A DNA stretch of 64,000 nt from Vicugna vicugna (lineage: Eukaryota), in assembly GCA_013265495.1 (NCBI GenBank), contig MU058000.1, positions 806,001 through 870,000 on the forward strand, read 5' to 3'. Made by a program: the position numbers and the translations under genes. The notes under the pieces were generated by a model. It was not told the DNA's origin. It saw only the letters and a program-made list of their open reading frames with translations, and searched no databases. Positions 27,371 through 38,595 of this stretch are shown here, piece after piece; position 1 is the first letter of the stretch; each line of letters begins with the position of its first letter.

Positions 27371-29107
27371 GATAGATGTGTGTATGTGCATTTTTTTAAG
27401 CATATATGATTGTAATTGGTTACATCTCAGTTTCTAAGTTTCCTAGTGGGTGTGTTAGTGTTTCTCTTCTCCAGCTAAGTTGTCAGTTCTTCAAGGGGGA
27501 AGATTTGAACCCCTAATTGAAGGCTGTGGACATTCAGGACCCTTGAATGAGCATTACCGATTGCCTAAAAAATATTAAGAGCACATAATAAATCTGGTGT
27601 TTTAATGGAATCTATTGATTTTGCCTGCTCAGAATACTTTTCTCTTTTCTCCTCATTGAGGTTTCACACAACCTTAATGAGGCTGTCAATCAAGTGCCCT
27701 GTCCTGCCCTGGCTAAGGGGTCAGCCTTGAGATCTGAATCATCTCCAGCAGTTGGGCTAATACTTTCAATTAACTAGACCATTAGAGCTGTCTGCTTCTT
27801 CAGCTTGTGTGATTCTGAGACCCACCCCATATCTTAATGATAAATTCCTTTTTTTATTATTTCCAGGATAAACCTAAAATATAATATATTACATTTTAAT
27901 TTAATTCTGCTTCAATTTGGAGATTTGAACAAGTTCTCATAAGCATCAAAGGAATGAAGACTTTCACGTGGTAAATGTACAACAAGCTCTTTTTCCCTCG
28001 ATGGCTAAATGGCAACCAACGACTAATCTGATGAGACATTGTCTTTGGAAAATGTTACACTACAGGTTGGTGATCTCTGCGTGTTGGGGGCACCAGCAAG
28101 AATGGTTCGGTGAGGATATAGAGAGGCCTCTGATAAAGGAAGTGAAATGGCTTCAAATTCCGTTCAAGCAGGAAGACGAGAAATTCAGCCTCTTGGTGCT
28201 GGAACCTCACATCGAATGCCCTTCCATCATTAACCGTGACTGCAGCAGTGACTTGGGGGACTGGGTCCTCCATCACCCTCCAACCCCTGCACATCCCCTT
28301 CTTATCAGCCCCATGCTCCTGAACCACCACAACCCCCACCCACCCCCACACTCAACAGGAAGGGCCAAACCATTCCTCACCCACAGATCTTCAGATTTCA
28401 TCCCCATTCTTGGCCACTCTTTCATTGACCAGAGGGAAATCTGGGTCCTTCCACCAAAGCTAAGATGGCAGTGCTGAGTTACGTTTGAAGATCATATCTG
28501 CAAGCATTAAGAAATCGAATACTGATGAATTAATGGTGAAAAAACAATACCAGCACAATGTTGTCACCACTGTTGGCTGCTCACAGCTGCAGACGTGCTA
28601 CCATTTTCACAGGGCTTCCATGCCCTATGAAAAGAACGCTCGTGATCCTCTGTGGTTTTTTGACTTTTGTCCATGATTCTGCACAAGTTAGTCATCACCA
28701 GTGCACCCTGGCAGTGGCCTCTGGACTCAAGCCATGGGTTCTGTCAGGAGCAGAACCAGTGCTGAGTCCAGGAATCCCCAGTCAGCACTTGCTTAATCCT
28801 TGTCGATGGCAACCTGATGACTAACTTCAGACAAGATCTTAATGAAGCTTCATCCAATGAGGTGACCACCTTAATGACAGGAAGGGAAAGGACACTGGAA
28901 ACTGAACCTGTAAAGGGTTCCTCATCGGCTTAGGATTCTGCATGCCTGGACAGTGACTCATTGAAGGCAGGAATGTTTAGGGGAAATGGTGGCCACAGAA
29001 CATTCACCAAATCATGCAAGGACACTGCCCAAGGTTACTGCAGCAGGTGTGAAAAGGCATTGCAGAAACCACAGTTCCCACAGCACATAAACACAGACTC
29101 AGAATAC

Positions 29108-29219
29108 AGTCAGTGAAACCCACAGATACAGAGCGAGGACTGTGGGATTTGAGCATCTGTGGATTTTGGTCTGTGGCCGGTCCTGGAATCCATCCCCCGT
29201 GGGTGCCGAGTGAGGACTG
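29108..29219 (-). mobile_element. Short MER2/Tigger-like MITE
   Basis: TA-flanked cagtc...gactg termini; gagcatctgtggattttggt and cctggaatccatcccc resemble the 61359 element in reverse. Confidence 0.7.
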
Positions 29220-30165
29220 TATCTGTGATATTAAAAGTTCATGAGAGCAGAAGGGTGTGGTTGGGAAAAAAATACCTAAAATGATTCCTTCGGGGGTAAA
29301 CAACACATGGCTATGCAGGAGTTACCTGTGTGCTTGAGCAGAGAGATGAAAATAAGGAGTCCAGGAAGTTCCAATTTCGAGCTCTGCACAGAACTGCCCT
29401 GCAGTGGTGGAGCTCTATGGAAAGCTCCGTGGTGATAAAATCTTGCTCTAATGCTGTAGAAACAGAAAATGGAGGCATAACCTCTTTCTCTTCTATCAGG
29501 TCCCTAAGTCCTGCTGAGAGAGTCTGTCAGTTGGTGATATGAAACTGAAATGACTGATTTTGCTGGCGCCCGGATTTTAAGAAGATACACCAAAAAGCTT
29601 CAATGCTAACTTTACATTCAGATTTTTTTTTTTACTTTAACATTTGTACAGGCAACATAATGACGTGGTTCTGCACAGTCAAAAGTTTAACTCCATCTCC
29701 GTCACTCAGGTTTCTTCCCTTTAAGCACACCAGTGTCACAAGTGTAACGTGTATCTTTTCTGTGATAGTTCAGGCACATGTAGACACAGCCGTTCTTCCT
29801 CTATGCTTTGACAAGAAGGACATCATTTTATAAATGGTGTTCTGCTCCGTGCATTTAATATATTGTGGATCTCTCCATTAGTACATAGAAGGACTCCTCA
29901 TTTGTGTGTGTGTGGAGGGGAGCTGCACAGTATCATATTCCTTGGGTGTAGCACAGTCCATTCAGATAGTCCTTACTGATGGACCTTTAGGTGATTTCCA
30001 GTCTTCTGCTCTTATTAACAGTGTTGCAATCCCTTCCACCCTGCATTCTCAGTGGGAATCATATCTCCGTGGGGAAAATGGGTTCTTGGCAGAGGCAAAG
30101 GAATCCTTCTCTTTTTACTTATAAAGCACAGCTGTGGATACAGTACATAAACACTTATCAGTGTA

Positions 30166-30258
30166 CAGTTGGTGGAACCTGCAGATACGGAAGGTGGACT
30201 ATGGGATTTTGGTGTCGGTGGTGGGTCCCATCCCCCACAGATACTGAGGGATGACTGT
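30166..30258 (-). mobile_element. Short MER2/Tigger-like MITE, sister of the 29108 copy
   Basis: TA-flanked cagttgg...gatgactg; ggaacctgcagatacgga motif. Confidence 0.7.
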
Positions 30259-30286
30259 ATCTCTGGTATCAAAATTTTATGAGGGC

Positions 30287-30470
30287 TCTATATATAAAAA
30301 TAGATTAAAAAAAACTTCTTCTGTACAGCACAGGGAACTATATTCAATGTCCTGTAATAAACTTTAATGAAAAAGAATATGAAAATGAATGTATGTATAT
30401 ATGCATGACTGGAACATTATGCTGTATACCAGGAATTGACGCATTATAACTGACTATATTTCAATAAAAA
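30287..30470 (+). mobile_element. Short L1 3'UTR fragment
   Basis: ctgtacagcacagggaactatattcaat...actgactatatttcaataaaaa; flanked by an approximate ttttatg(a/g)ggg TSD. Confidence 0.8.
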
Positions 30471-33100
30471 TTTTTTTTTATGGGGTAGAAGGGTGCAGTT
30501 AGGAAAAAAGTATCTAAAATGATTCCATAGGACACCAGCAATGAGAACAAGTGGAGTAACCCTAACGCTGCATCAGTCCAGTTCCCAGGGTCAACAGGAT
30601 ACAAGATGCAGTGACTGGCTTGGACCTGGCACCTCCCCTGGAAATGTGCACATTGATGTTGGAACAAAGTTGGAATGCTGGGAGCAGGAGGAAGAGGGCG
30701 ACTGTCAGAGATCTCCCAGGGTTTGTGGCCTTGAGACTCCAGCTTCAGTCCAGGGGCATCTTATATCAGGAGCCCAGGGGAACCTGGGAGCCTCCTTCAG
30801 ACTCTGCTGCCATGTGTGGCCCAGGACAGGGGATGAATGAGTGAATACAGCCTTCCAGTGACAAGCTTGCCTTTTTCTTGACTTATTGAGAAACATTTGA
30901 AATATTCAACAGTTTTCTCTTGATTTTAGAGTATTTATCTACATTTTAAAAAACCCTCACTCAGTGAAAATCTGCACCTTCCTCCCCACTCATTTACTCA
31001 CTTGGCACCAATGACAGTTTAGAATCACTCTTACCCTCCCTCGTTTGTAATTATAATTGACAATCTTTGAGGAAAAGACACAGGAAAGGGTAATGAATTT
31101 TCTAAGACAGTGGGACTCAAATATTCTCCCCTCCACCCTGAAGAAACAGAAAGATAAATTTGTGAGGTGATGGATGTGTTAGTTAACTAGACGGGGAGAA
31201 TCCTTTCCCCTTCTTGTAGATTTATAACAAGTCACCATGATGGGCACTTTAAATATCTTACTATTTTATACGGCAATTCTACCTCAATAAAGATGAAAAA
31301 GTTTTCAAAGAACCCTCAAATTAAAAAATGAAATTATTGTGGGTCCTTTTCTGGTTCAGGGCTGGTTAACACAGTGTTTTATCCCCTGAAGACACATGGG
31401 GCTCACATAGCTCCTCGTCCCTAAGAACCCTCTCTGTGGCTCACTTGGACGGGGATGGGGACGGGGACTGGAGGCCAGCTCCCTCACCATGCCCAGCTAC
31501 TTCCTTTCACAAAGCCCATCGGACTGTTTTTCCGCCCCCAGACAACTGCCAGCCAGGCCCGGCTTTCCTGGGGCTGAACCGGCTTCCAGAGCCTGTGCTC
31601 ACTGTTCATCCGGTCAAAGCCAGCTGGGCAGGTCCCTCAGGACACAAGAGACAAGCAAATGTCACCTAAAATCTAGGACTACCCTTGAAACACAACTAGA
31701 TGAAGAAAACTAAATTTACAAGAGTTCCTCTCCAGGAGAGTACAAACGCGATTGCAAGGGCTGCTTCTGGTTGCGTCTGGGGGAGGGGACAGGACCCCTC
31801 CCCCACCAAAGGGCTGCCAGGAGCCCTGCTGGCTGCCAGCTGCGCTCCAGGAATTGGGTCTTGTTAACGTGGAGCCTTCCTTTTCCGTGGGAGGCATGCA
31901 TGCTCAGGGCGAGAGCTGACCTGCCTCCTCACCTCCCACTCGGTTCTCTAAGGGAATCTGAGCAAATATTTAGACCATTAGCTTGAAAGTCTCAATATGA
32001 GTCTACCCAATATTAGACTACCCTTACAGTCAGTTTTCATATTTTCTAAGGTATCCTTTCTTTCTTTGTTGGAAATGTACGTTTAAAAAGAAAAAGTTTC
32101 CTAATTGTCCCTCAAGTCTCAGAAGCCATAAAGGAAAAGATTGATAAATTTGACTACATAACAAAAAAAGTAAGCGTGGCCAAAAAACACGCATCGAACT
32201 GGGAGAACACAGCAATTCATTTTACAGCAAGAGGTTAATTTCCTTCATACATAAAAGCTCACAGAAATCAATAAAGATCGACAATCTAATAGGAAAAGTG
32301 AGCAAATAACACGATTAACTGTGACTTCTAGTACACAGAAAACAACCCGATTCTTAAAAGAAACCAAACCAAAGCAATCCCGGAAATTCTAACTGGGAAG
32401 GTGGGATCACGTATATAGCAATTTCCCACCCACCCCACCCGGCTCATTTCTGCGTTACCTGCAGTGGAGACACTGTGCACACCATCACTTTCCCACATAA
32501 AGTATCTGCTTCTTTCCGCTTCTCCTGGGTGTGGAAGGAGCACGGGTGGAAGATGGGAGACAAGGAGGTCTGGGGAAGAGTCACATGGATGGGACTATGG
32601 GACAACTGGGGAGACAAGATGACTTGTCGAGATGCTCTCAGGCAGCCTTTGTCCTCCGCTCTCAGTGCTTGAAAACAAACACACACAAAGACGCAGGACA
32701 GGTGTGCAGAGGCAGCTCTGATGATGCCAGACAGAGGCCCAGGTGATAAATGCAATTAATTCGGAGGCTGGAAAAATGACTGGGTTCTCAGTGGGTCAGG
32801 CCGTGTGCCTGTGGGGGGTGGGGGGTGAGCAGACATATGGATGTAGGAGTGGCCTCGCTTTGAGAACCTAAGCTGGACTTGCCGAGAACCAGCCTTGTCT
32901 CAGGAGCTTCATGGAAAGAACGCACCACGAGTCGGCGGAGTATAGCACTAGGTTCCAAAGACAACAGGCTACAGCCGGACGAGGGGACAAAGTTAGGAAC
33001 AGCCTGGGGCCTGGACCTCAGTGTATGTCCCTATGACCCCGCTTCCTGCAAGAGTCACAACTCACACTGCAGGTCCAATGTACTATTAAAATTCTGTGCT

Positions 33101-33242
33101 GGAGGAGGGTAGAGCTCAGTGGTAGAGCCCAGGCCTAGCTCGGGTGAGGTCCTGGGTTCAACCCCCAGTACTGCCACTTACATTACATAAATAAACCTAA
33201 TTACCTCCCCTCGCCAAAAACTAGGGGAAAAAAAGAATTAAA
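33101..33242 (+). mobile_element. tRNA-Ala-derived camelid SINE (vic-1 type) with TSD
   Basis: ggaggagggtagagctcagtggtagag...gggttcaacccccagtac; TSD aaaattctgtgct / aaagttctgtgct at a TT|AAAA site. Confidence 0.88.
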
Positions 33243-35088
33243 AAAGTTCTGTGCTGTTCCTAGCAGTTACAATGATGTTATTGGGCAAAGCGTGGGCAGC
33301 AGACGCCCCTCAGTTCTCGCCTATGCCCTTGAAAGACTTTTTTCCCCTCCTTCTTCCTCCCTCAGAGGTAGCCTTCTGGCACCCTCTAGTGGAACTTGTG
33401 GGAACTGCTAAGTTAATATTCAGAGGAAACTTCACAGATTTAAAGTGATCAGCTATGTGAGTTGTACGATAGAAATGAAACAACAACAAACATAACTTGG
33501 AGCGTTTATACTACAACCCAGGACAATTTACCGTCAACCCTCGAGAGGAGCGATGTCAGGCAGAATACGGGTGCCTGCGTGTAAATTCCGGTTCATACTG
33601 TCCCTCCCCTTTACACAAAGAAAACTAGTCGAGGGAGGCTACCAGCTGGAGTGAAATGGAATGAAAATGGCCCGGTATCTCCCCCATCACAAAATCCCAA
33701 GAAAGGGGTGTTATTTTCTTGTATTACTTAGAAAGATTTCTGAAAAACCCCTAAGTGAATCCCCTAATCATATTCCTTGCCAGTTTTTCACCATCACGTT
33801 CTCAGGACAGCATCCATCTACCAGATGAAGAAAGATTCGTGTGAAAGGCCCACTTCCCAGATAACTGTGCACAAGCCCAACACTGACTCAGTCCAGTTCA
33901 CCCCCACCTCCACCAGAGGGCTTCTCCTTCCTGGCACAGGGTCTTGGACATAATAAGCATCCAGGCGGCACTAAGTGGAACTGCCATTCGTAGGTTGTCT
34001 TGGCTTCTCTTCAGTGGTGGCTTAGTCCTAATGTTTCCTGCTTTTCGATTTGCAAAGGGCATTGTCACTTCCGAGAGCTGCCTCCAGTGTAGAGCTCCCC
34101 TGCCCCTGTTTCTGGGGCACAGCCGTCCCTTTGTGGGATAGGAGTTGTCATTCCAGGGTCAGACACACTCCCTTTCCTCTCGCTTTCTCAAAAGCTGTTT
34201 TCCAGCAGGGATTTATGCTCCCTCTGTGGGGATCGGAAGCACAGGGCAGGGAGACCAGGGAAATCTTTACACCAAGCTGGTAAATCACACAGTAATAAAT
34301 CCTTCAAGTACATCTGCATTTAGGCAGATTTTCTCAAGAGCTGACTCTGGATCTTAACTGTCGTTTATAATATTGCTTTTAAGTCCATCTACTAATTCAA
34401 ACATTAATCAAATTGAGTTATATGTCAGGCATCGTCCCAAGCTCTGGGCGCACACTGGTGAAAAAGACAGAAACGCTGTCTGTCCTCTAGGGGTTTCTCA
34501 GCAGGGAGACCAAGATTAAACAAATAGTGTGAATAATCAGTGATAACAGGTGCTATCAAGGAAGAATGCAGAAGGGTGCCTAACACCTGATTTAATGCAG
34601 GGATAGGCAGGTCTGAGCAGAGACTGGAGGAGAGTGAGCCGGGCCAGGAGGCAGAGGGAAGGCAGGAAGGCAGTTTGAGAATGGAACAAAGCCAGGTGTA
34701 ATTAAAACAGCACAAGCACATACTCTTCCGTTAGCTCTATTAATCTTTTCATTAGCTCAGCTATTTCAGGTGCGTTGATGTGGGAGGCTTAGTTCTAAAT
34801 TTATGGACAAATCGGGTTGATAGTAGTTGGGGTTAACTTAGAAGCATTGAAATCATGGAAACAGCTTTGGTCTTGAAAAGCTCCTGGAGGCCATTTACTA
34901 ATGAAGTCCTTGAGGATGGGGCTGATGTCTGATTTATTGCGTTGCCCTTGTCTTCTCACAATTAACAGCAGGAATTGTATACAGGGACGTTATCTAGAAG
35001 CAGGTCAAACACTGATGGTTTTCATAACTAATGGACTGTTTCTTAGTTTCAGAGTTTGCTGATGCTGTGAAGGAAAATGAACTATGAT

Positions 35089-35549
35089 TGTGGCAGCCTG
35101 TCTCCCAGATGGTCACCATCAGTTCCCTCCATCCCATGCCGATCCTACACTGAAAGGATTCCTCTGTCCACACCGCTTGAATCTGGGCTGGCCTAAGTGA
35201 CTTATTGACTCATAGGAGGCAGAGCACTTGACATTTGGGACTGCCAAGGCCAGGTCCTGAGAAGCCTTGCAGCTACATCAGGGCTTTTAGAATGCTCGCT
35301 TTGGAGCAGTTTTGTGGACCCTGAGACAAGGAGAGGGCGACACTAGCCAGTACCCAGCTGTTTTGGACCAGGCATAAGTGAAGGACCTGTCTTGGATTTT
35401 CTGTCCCTGGAAGATGTCCAACAGAAAGAGGCTTAGGTCCCAGCCATATGGCTTCTCAAGCCATTCAAGCCACCCCAGCAGAGGCCCTAGACATGGTGGA
35501 GCAGGGAGGAGCCAACGTCGGGGTGCTCTAGATGGTTTTATGCTTTTTA
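35089..35549 (+). mobile_element. MLT1-type (ERVL-MaLR) LTR interrupted by the ERV
   Basis: tgtggcag start, cttgaatctgggctggcc..gtgact and cagctgtt motifs typical of MLT1. Confidence 0.65.
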
Positions 35550-35809
35550 TGAAGCCTCAGTTAAAGAGTCAGGAGCCAGAGGGGAAGCTCTCATGACCCT
35601 CAACAACAGCAGAGCCCAACGCGTAGAAGAAAGTCTCCTCTTCCTTCCTGGCAAGGACTCAGCCAATGAAAAGCCTTCCCTTGTTGTTCAAGGGACTTGC
35701 ACTTGCCTCACCATGGTTGCAAGACTCCAAATTACAATTCTCTGCTGATCCTACATAAGCCCATTTTCACTGGAGAAATAAATGGCAGTCTGTTTGTTTT
35801 AGGTTAACA
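35550..35809 (+). mobile_element. ERV 5' LTR (class I / ERV1)
   Basis: TG...CA termini (tgaagcc...ggttaaca), CCAAT 35663-35667, AATAAA 35777-35782, followed 3 nt later by a PBS. Confidence 0.85.
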
Positions 35810-35812
35810 TTT

Positions 35813-35830
35813 TGGTGGCCCGTAAGGGGA
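35813..35830 (+). other. Retroviral primer-binding site for tRNA-Ile(AAU)
   Basis: TGGTGGCCCGTAAGGGGA is 17/18 identical to TGGTGGCCCGTACGGGGA, the complement of the tRNA-Ile(AAU) 3' end. Confidence 0.85.
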
Positions 35831-36320
35831 CCAGAGAAGACCCCTGCTGGCTCCGGGGCGGCGAGCAAACAGGTGTGGTGCCCACAGAGGGGCCCGCCTG
35901 GAGCTCGCCAGCCCCCGAATGCGGAGACGTGTCTCTCCTGGACCTGAGCGTCTGCCTGCCCCCTTGGGGTGTGACGCTCTCCAGGCTTTATTCGCGATCT
36001 GTTGTATGGTTTCGTCCTTTCTGGTTAAGGCTTTGTTCTGTACTCAAGCACTCATTTGGCACTTGAGCCTGATTTTGCGATCAGGCTGTTTCCGCTGAAA
36101 CTGGCTGAGAAGCCTTTGGCCCATTCTTTTGGAACAGGCTGAAAAGCCTTTGGCCTGGCTCCTCTGGGACCAACCTGTTCCCTTAGAACCAGCTCGTATC
36201 AGGGCTGTGGGCTACTCGAGTCGCAAGCTGTTTAAGATACATGAACTGTTTTAAGCCGTTTTGAATTGTTTTAAGCTGTTTGAAAATTACTCTCTTACCC
36301 TAGAGAAAAACCTCTGAGAA

Positions 36321-38595
36321 ATGGGATCCCAGCTACCTGAATATTTTGAGGGTGTCCCCGACCCTAGAAACTCTGGCTGACTTTACACTTAAAAACCAGA
36401 GTCCATCCTTACGTGCATTTCCAACAAAGTGGTCTGACCTGACCAAAGGCCATTTGGGATCTCAATGGCCATCATGGGGAACTTAGAAAATTCCCAAACT
36501 TAATTATCTTAAAAACAAATTGGACTACGGTAGCTCTAAAATTTCCAGAGCTGAGTGAAATGCGTATTTTGATTGGTATTTTGAGGCTTCCCGACATCGC
36601 CAGGAGTCTAAAATTGCCTCTCTGCAAAATAAGGTTTTAAGATTAAGTGAGGCAAACAAATGAATAAAGAGAGAAAATGACTTTCGAACCTCAAGCCCTT
36701 CCTCCTTGGCTCCCCCTCTGGCGCCTCCTCCTCCTTCCCTCCTACGCTGCCCACAGCTCCTTATACCCTCAGATCCCTCAAACGAATTCTCTTGCCAAAC
36801 TTCCACCTTTCCCTGAAACTCTTCCCCGACCCCTTTTTCTCTGAACTTCTCAGAATCTGCCCCTTTAAAGGTAAGTCTTCTGAGGATCCGGAGGCTTGAG
36901 CTTTAATGTCTTCTATTCCCCGGACTAATGCTGAACCGTGAGCCATCATCACAGATTTTCCCAAAGTACCTGAAGATCCTCACAGATTTGCTGAGGAACT
37001 TAATACAGTCATTCAGACTTTTCAGCCTGGTTTCTCTGACGTAGACCAGCTAGTTCGTATCACTGAAGGCCGGGCCCAGCATTGGCTGAAGACTGCTAAT
37101 TGGGAAAATCCTGAAAGGTCTCTAGAATTATAACAGGAGGACTGGGAGGCCAACCTGCTTCCTTTTTATATGATCAGGCCCGGGAAATCCCTAGGTGACA
37201 TCATCCGGTAGTTCCTAGGGCTCTTCCAAAGCTTGTCGATTGGAACAAGATTCAGGTTTGCACACAAAAATCTGATGACCCTGTTCATGACTATTACAAT
37301 CGGCTTAAGATTATTCTTAAAAGAAAATTCTAGTCTTCCTTCTGACACTGATTCCATCCTGATAGCTTTTAACTCCAAATGGGCTGAACCAGGATGAAAT
37401 GGGAAATCACGGCCATAGTTAATTCATTCAGCAAACCAGCTCTCTCCCACTCTAGATGGTCACCTAAAAGGAAGACTGCCAAAATTCTTAATCTTCAACT
37501 CCAACAAGTGAAGGCTCCTAAATGAACTCAAAACCCTCCTAGGTTTTGCTGTTATTGCAAAGAAAGAGCCAGGACATTGGGAAAGAGATTGTTACAAAGT
37601 TAAGCACTTTAGGCACCTTCAGCCCTCTCACGAGCCTTTCCATCTCCCACTTCTCAGTGATGAAGCTCTGAAGAACCACAGGGGCTCTTCCCAATCCTTC
37701 CTCTTAATCAGTTTGGAGAAACATTTCTCCAGATTGGGGATGAATTTTTCTGCTCTTGATTGACACTGGAGCCACACTCTCGGTGTTCAAACCCACAATA
37801 TAAAGCAGCCCCCACCTCGGAGTAAACAGTTCAAATAGTGGGGCATCTCTAATAAACCTCAAGAAGTTCCTGTCTCTAAATCTGTTCCTTTCCATTTGGC
37901 CCTTTGAGACACACACACCCTTCTCTTCTTAGTTCCCCTGCCCTTATCCATTTACTCGCTGAGACTTGTTAGAGAAGTATCATGTTGGAATTTCTCCCAA
38001 AAGGGTGAAATAATTCTAGAACTTGACAGTAGCCCTCAAAACAGCCAACCTGGGAATTAAATGACCCTATGACATCTTTTATTTGCTCCATGTCTGATGG
38101 TACTAGACTGATTCTGGAAACAACGGATCACTTGTCTCTATTGAATCTGCTACCACACCCTAGTGGGCAAAATCTCCAACTGATAATGGCAAAATTCACA
38201 GCTCACCTCCCGTCAAGATTCAAATAGATCCTTCTAAACTTCTGCCTAGAATCGATCAATATCTTACAAGTAAAGACGCCCTTCAAGGCACAAAGCCCAC
38301 AACAGAAGAATTACAAGCCTCAAAGCCTCAGAATCCCTTTTTTAGGTTCTGAAATACTCTGCTCTCCTCAGTCTCTCCACAGGCAGACAGCATCCACTTC
38401 TAGCCTTAAAGGGACATAAAGGCACCAAAGAAAAATTACAGTTTGCTCAAACCGAGGTTTAATATTTAGGGCATTTGACATTAGAACAAGGAGTGCACCT
38501 AGATCCAGACAGACTTCATAGTGACCTAAGTTTTCTAAATGTAAAACTGAGTGCCAGCTGCAAGGTTTTCTGAGGATATTTGGTTATTGGAAAAC
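36321..38595 (+). pseudogene. Decayed ERV gag-pro-pol (partial RT), many stops and frameshifts, 3'-truncated
   Basis: MGSQ start at 36321; matrix QWPSWGT; MHR-like VDWNKIQVCTQKSDDPVHDYYNRL (~37235-37310); disrupted CCHC knuckle (~37547-37592); protease LIDTGATLSV (DTG 37762-37770); RT fragments WAKSPTDNGKIH and KLQFAQTEV*YLGH. Confidence 0.88.

Noticed and set aside
27968..28477. 169-aa ORF in apparently unique intergenic DNA
   Set aside because: GTG start, no recognisable homology, low-complexity second half; would need BLASTP or PhyloCSF support
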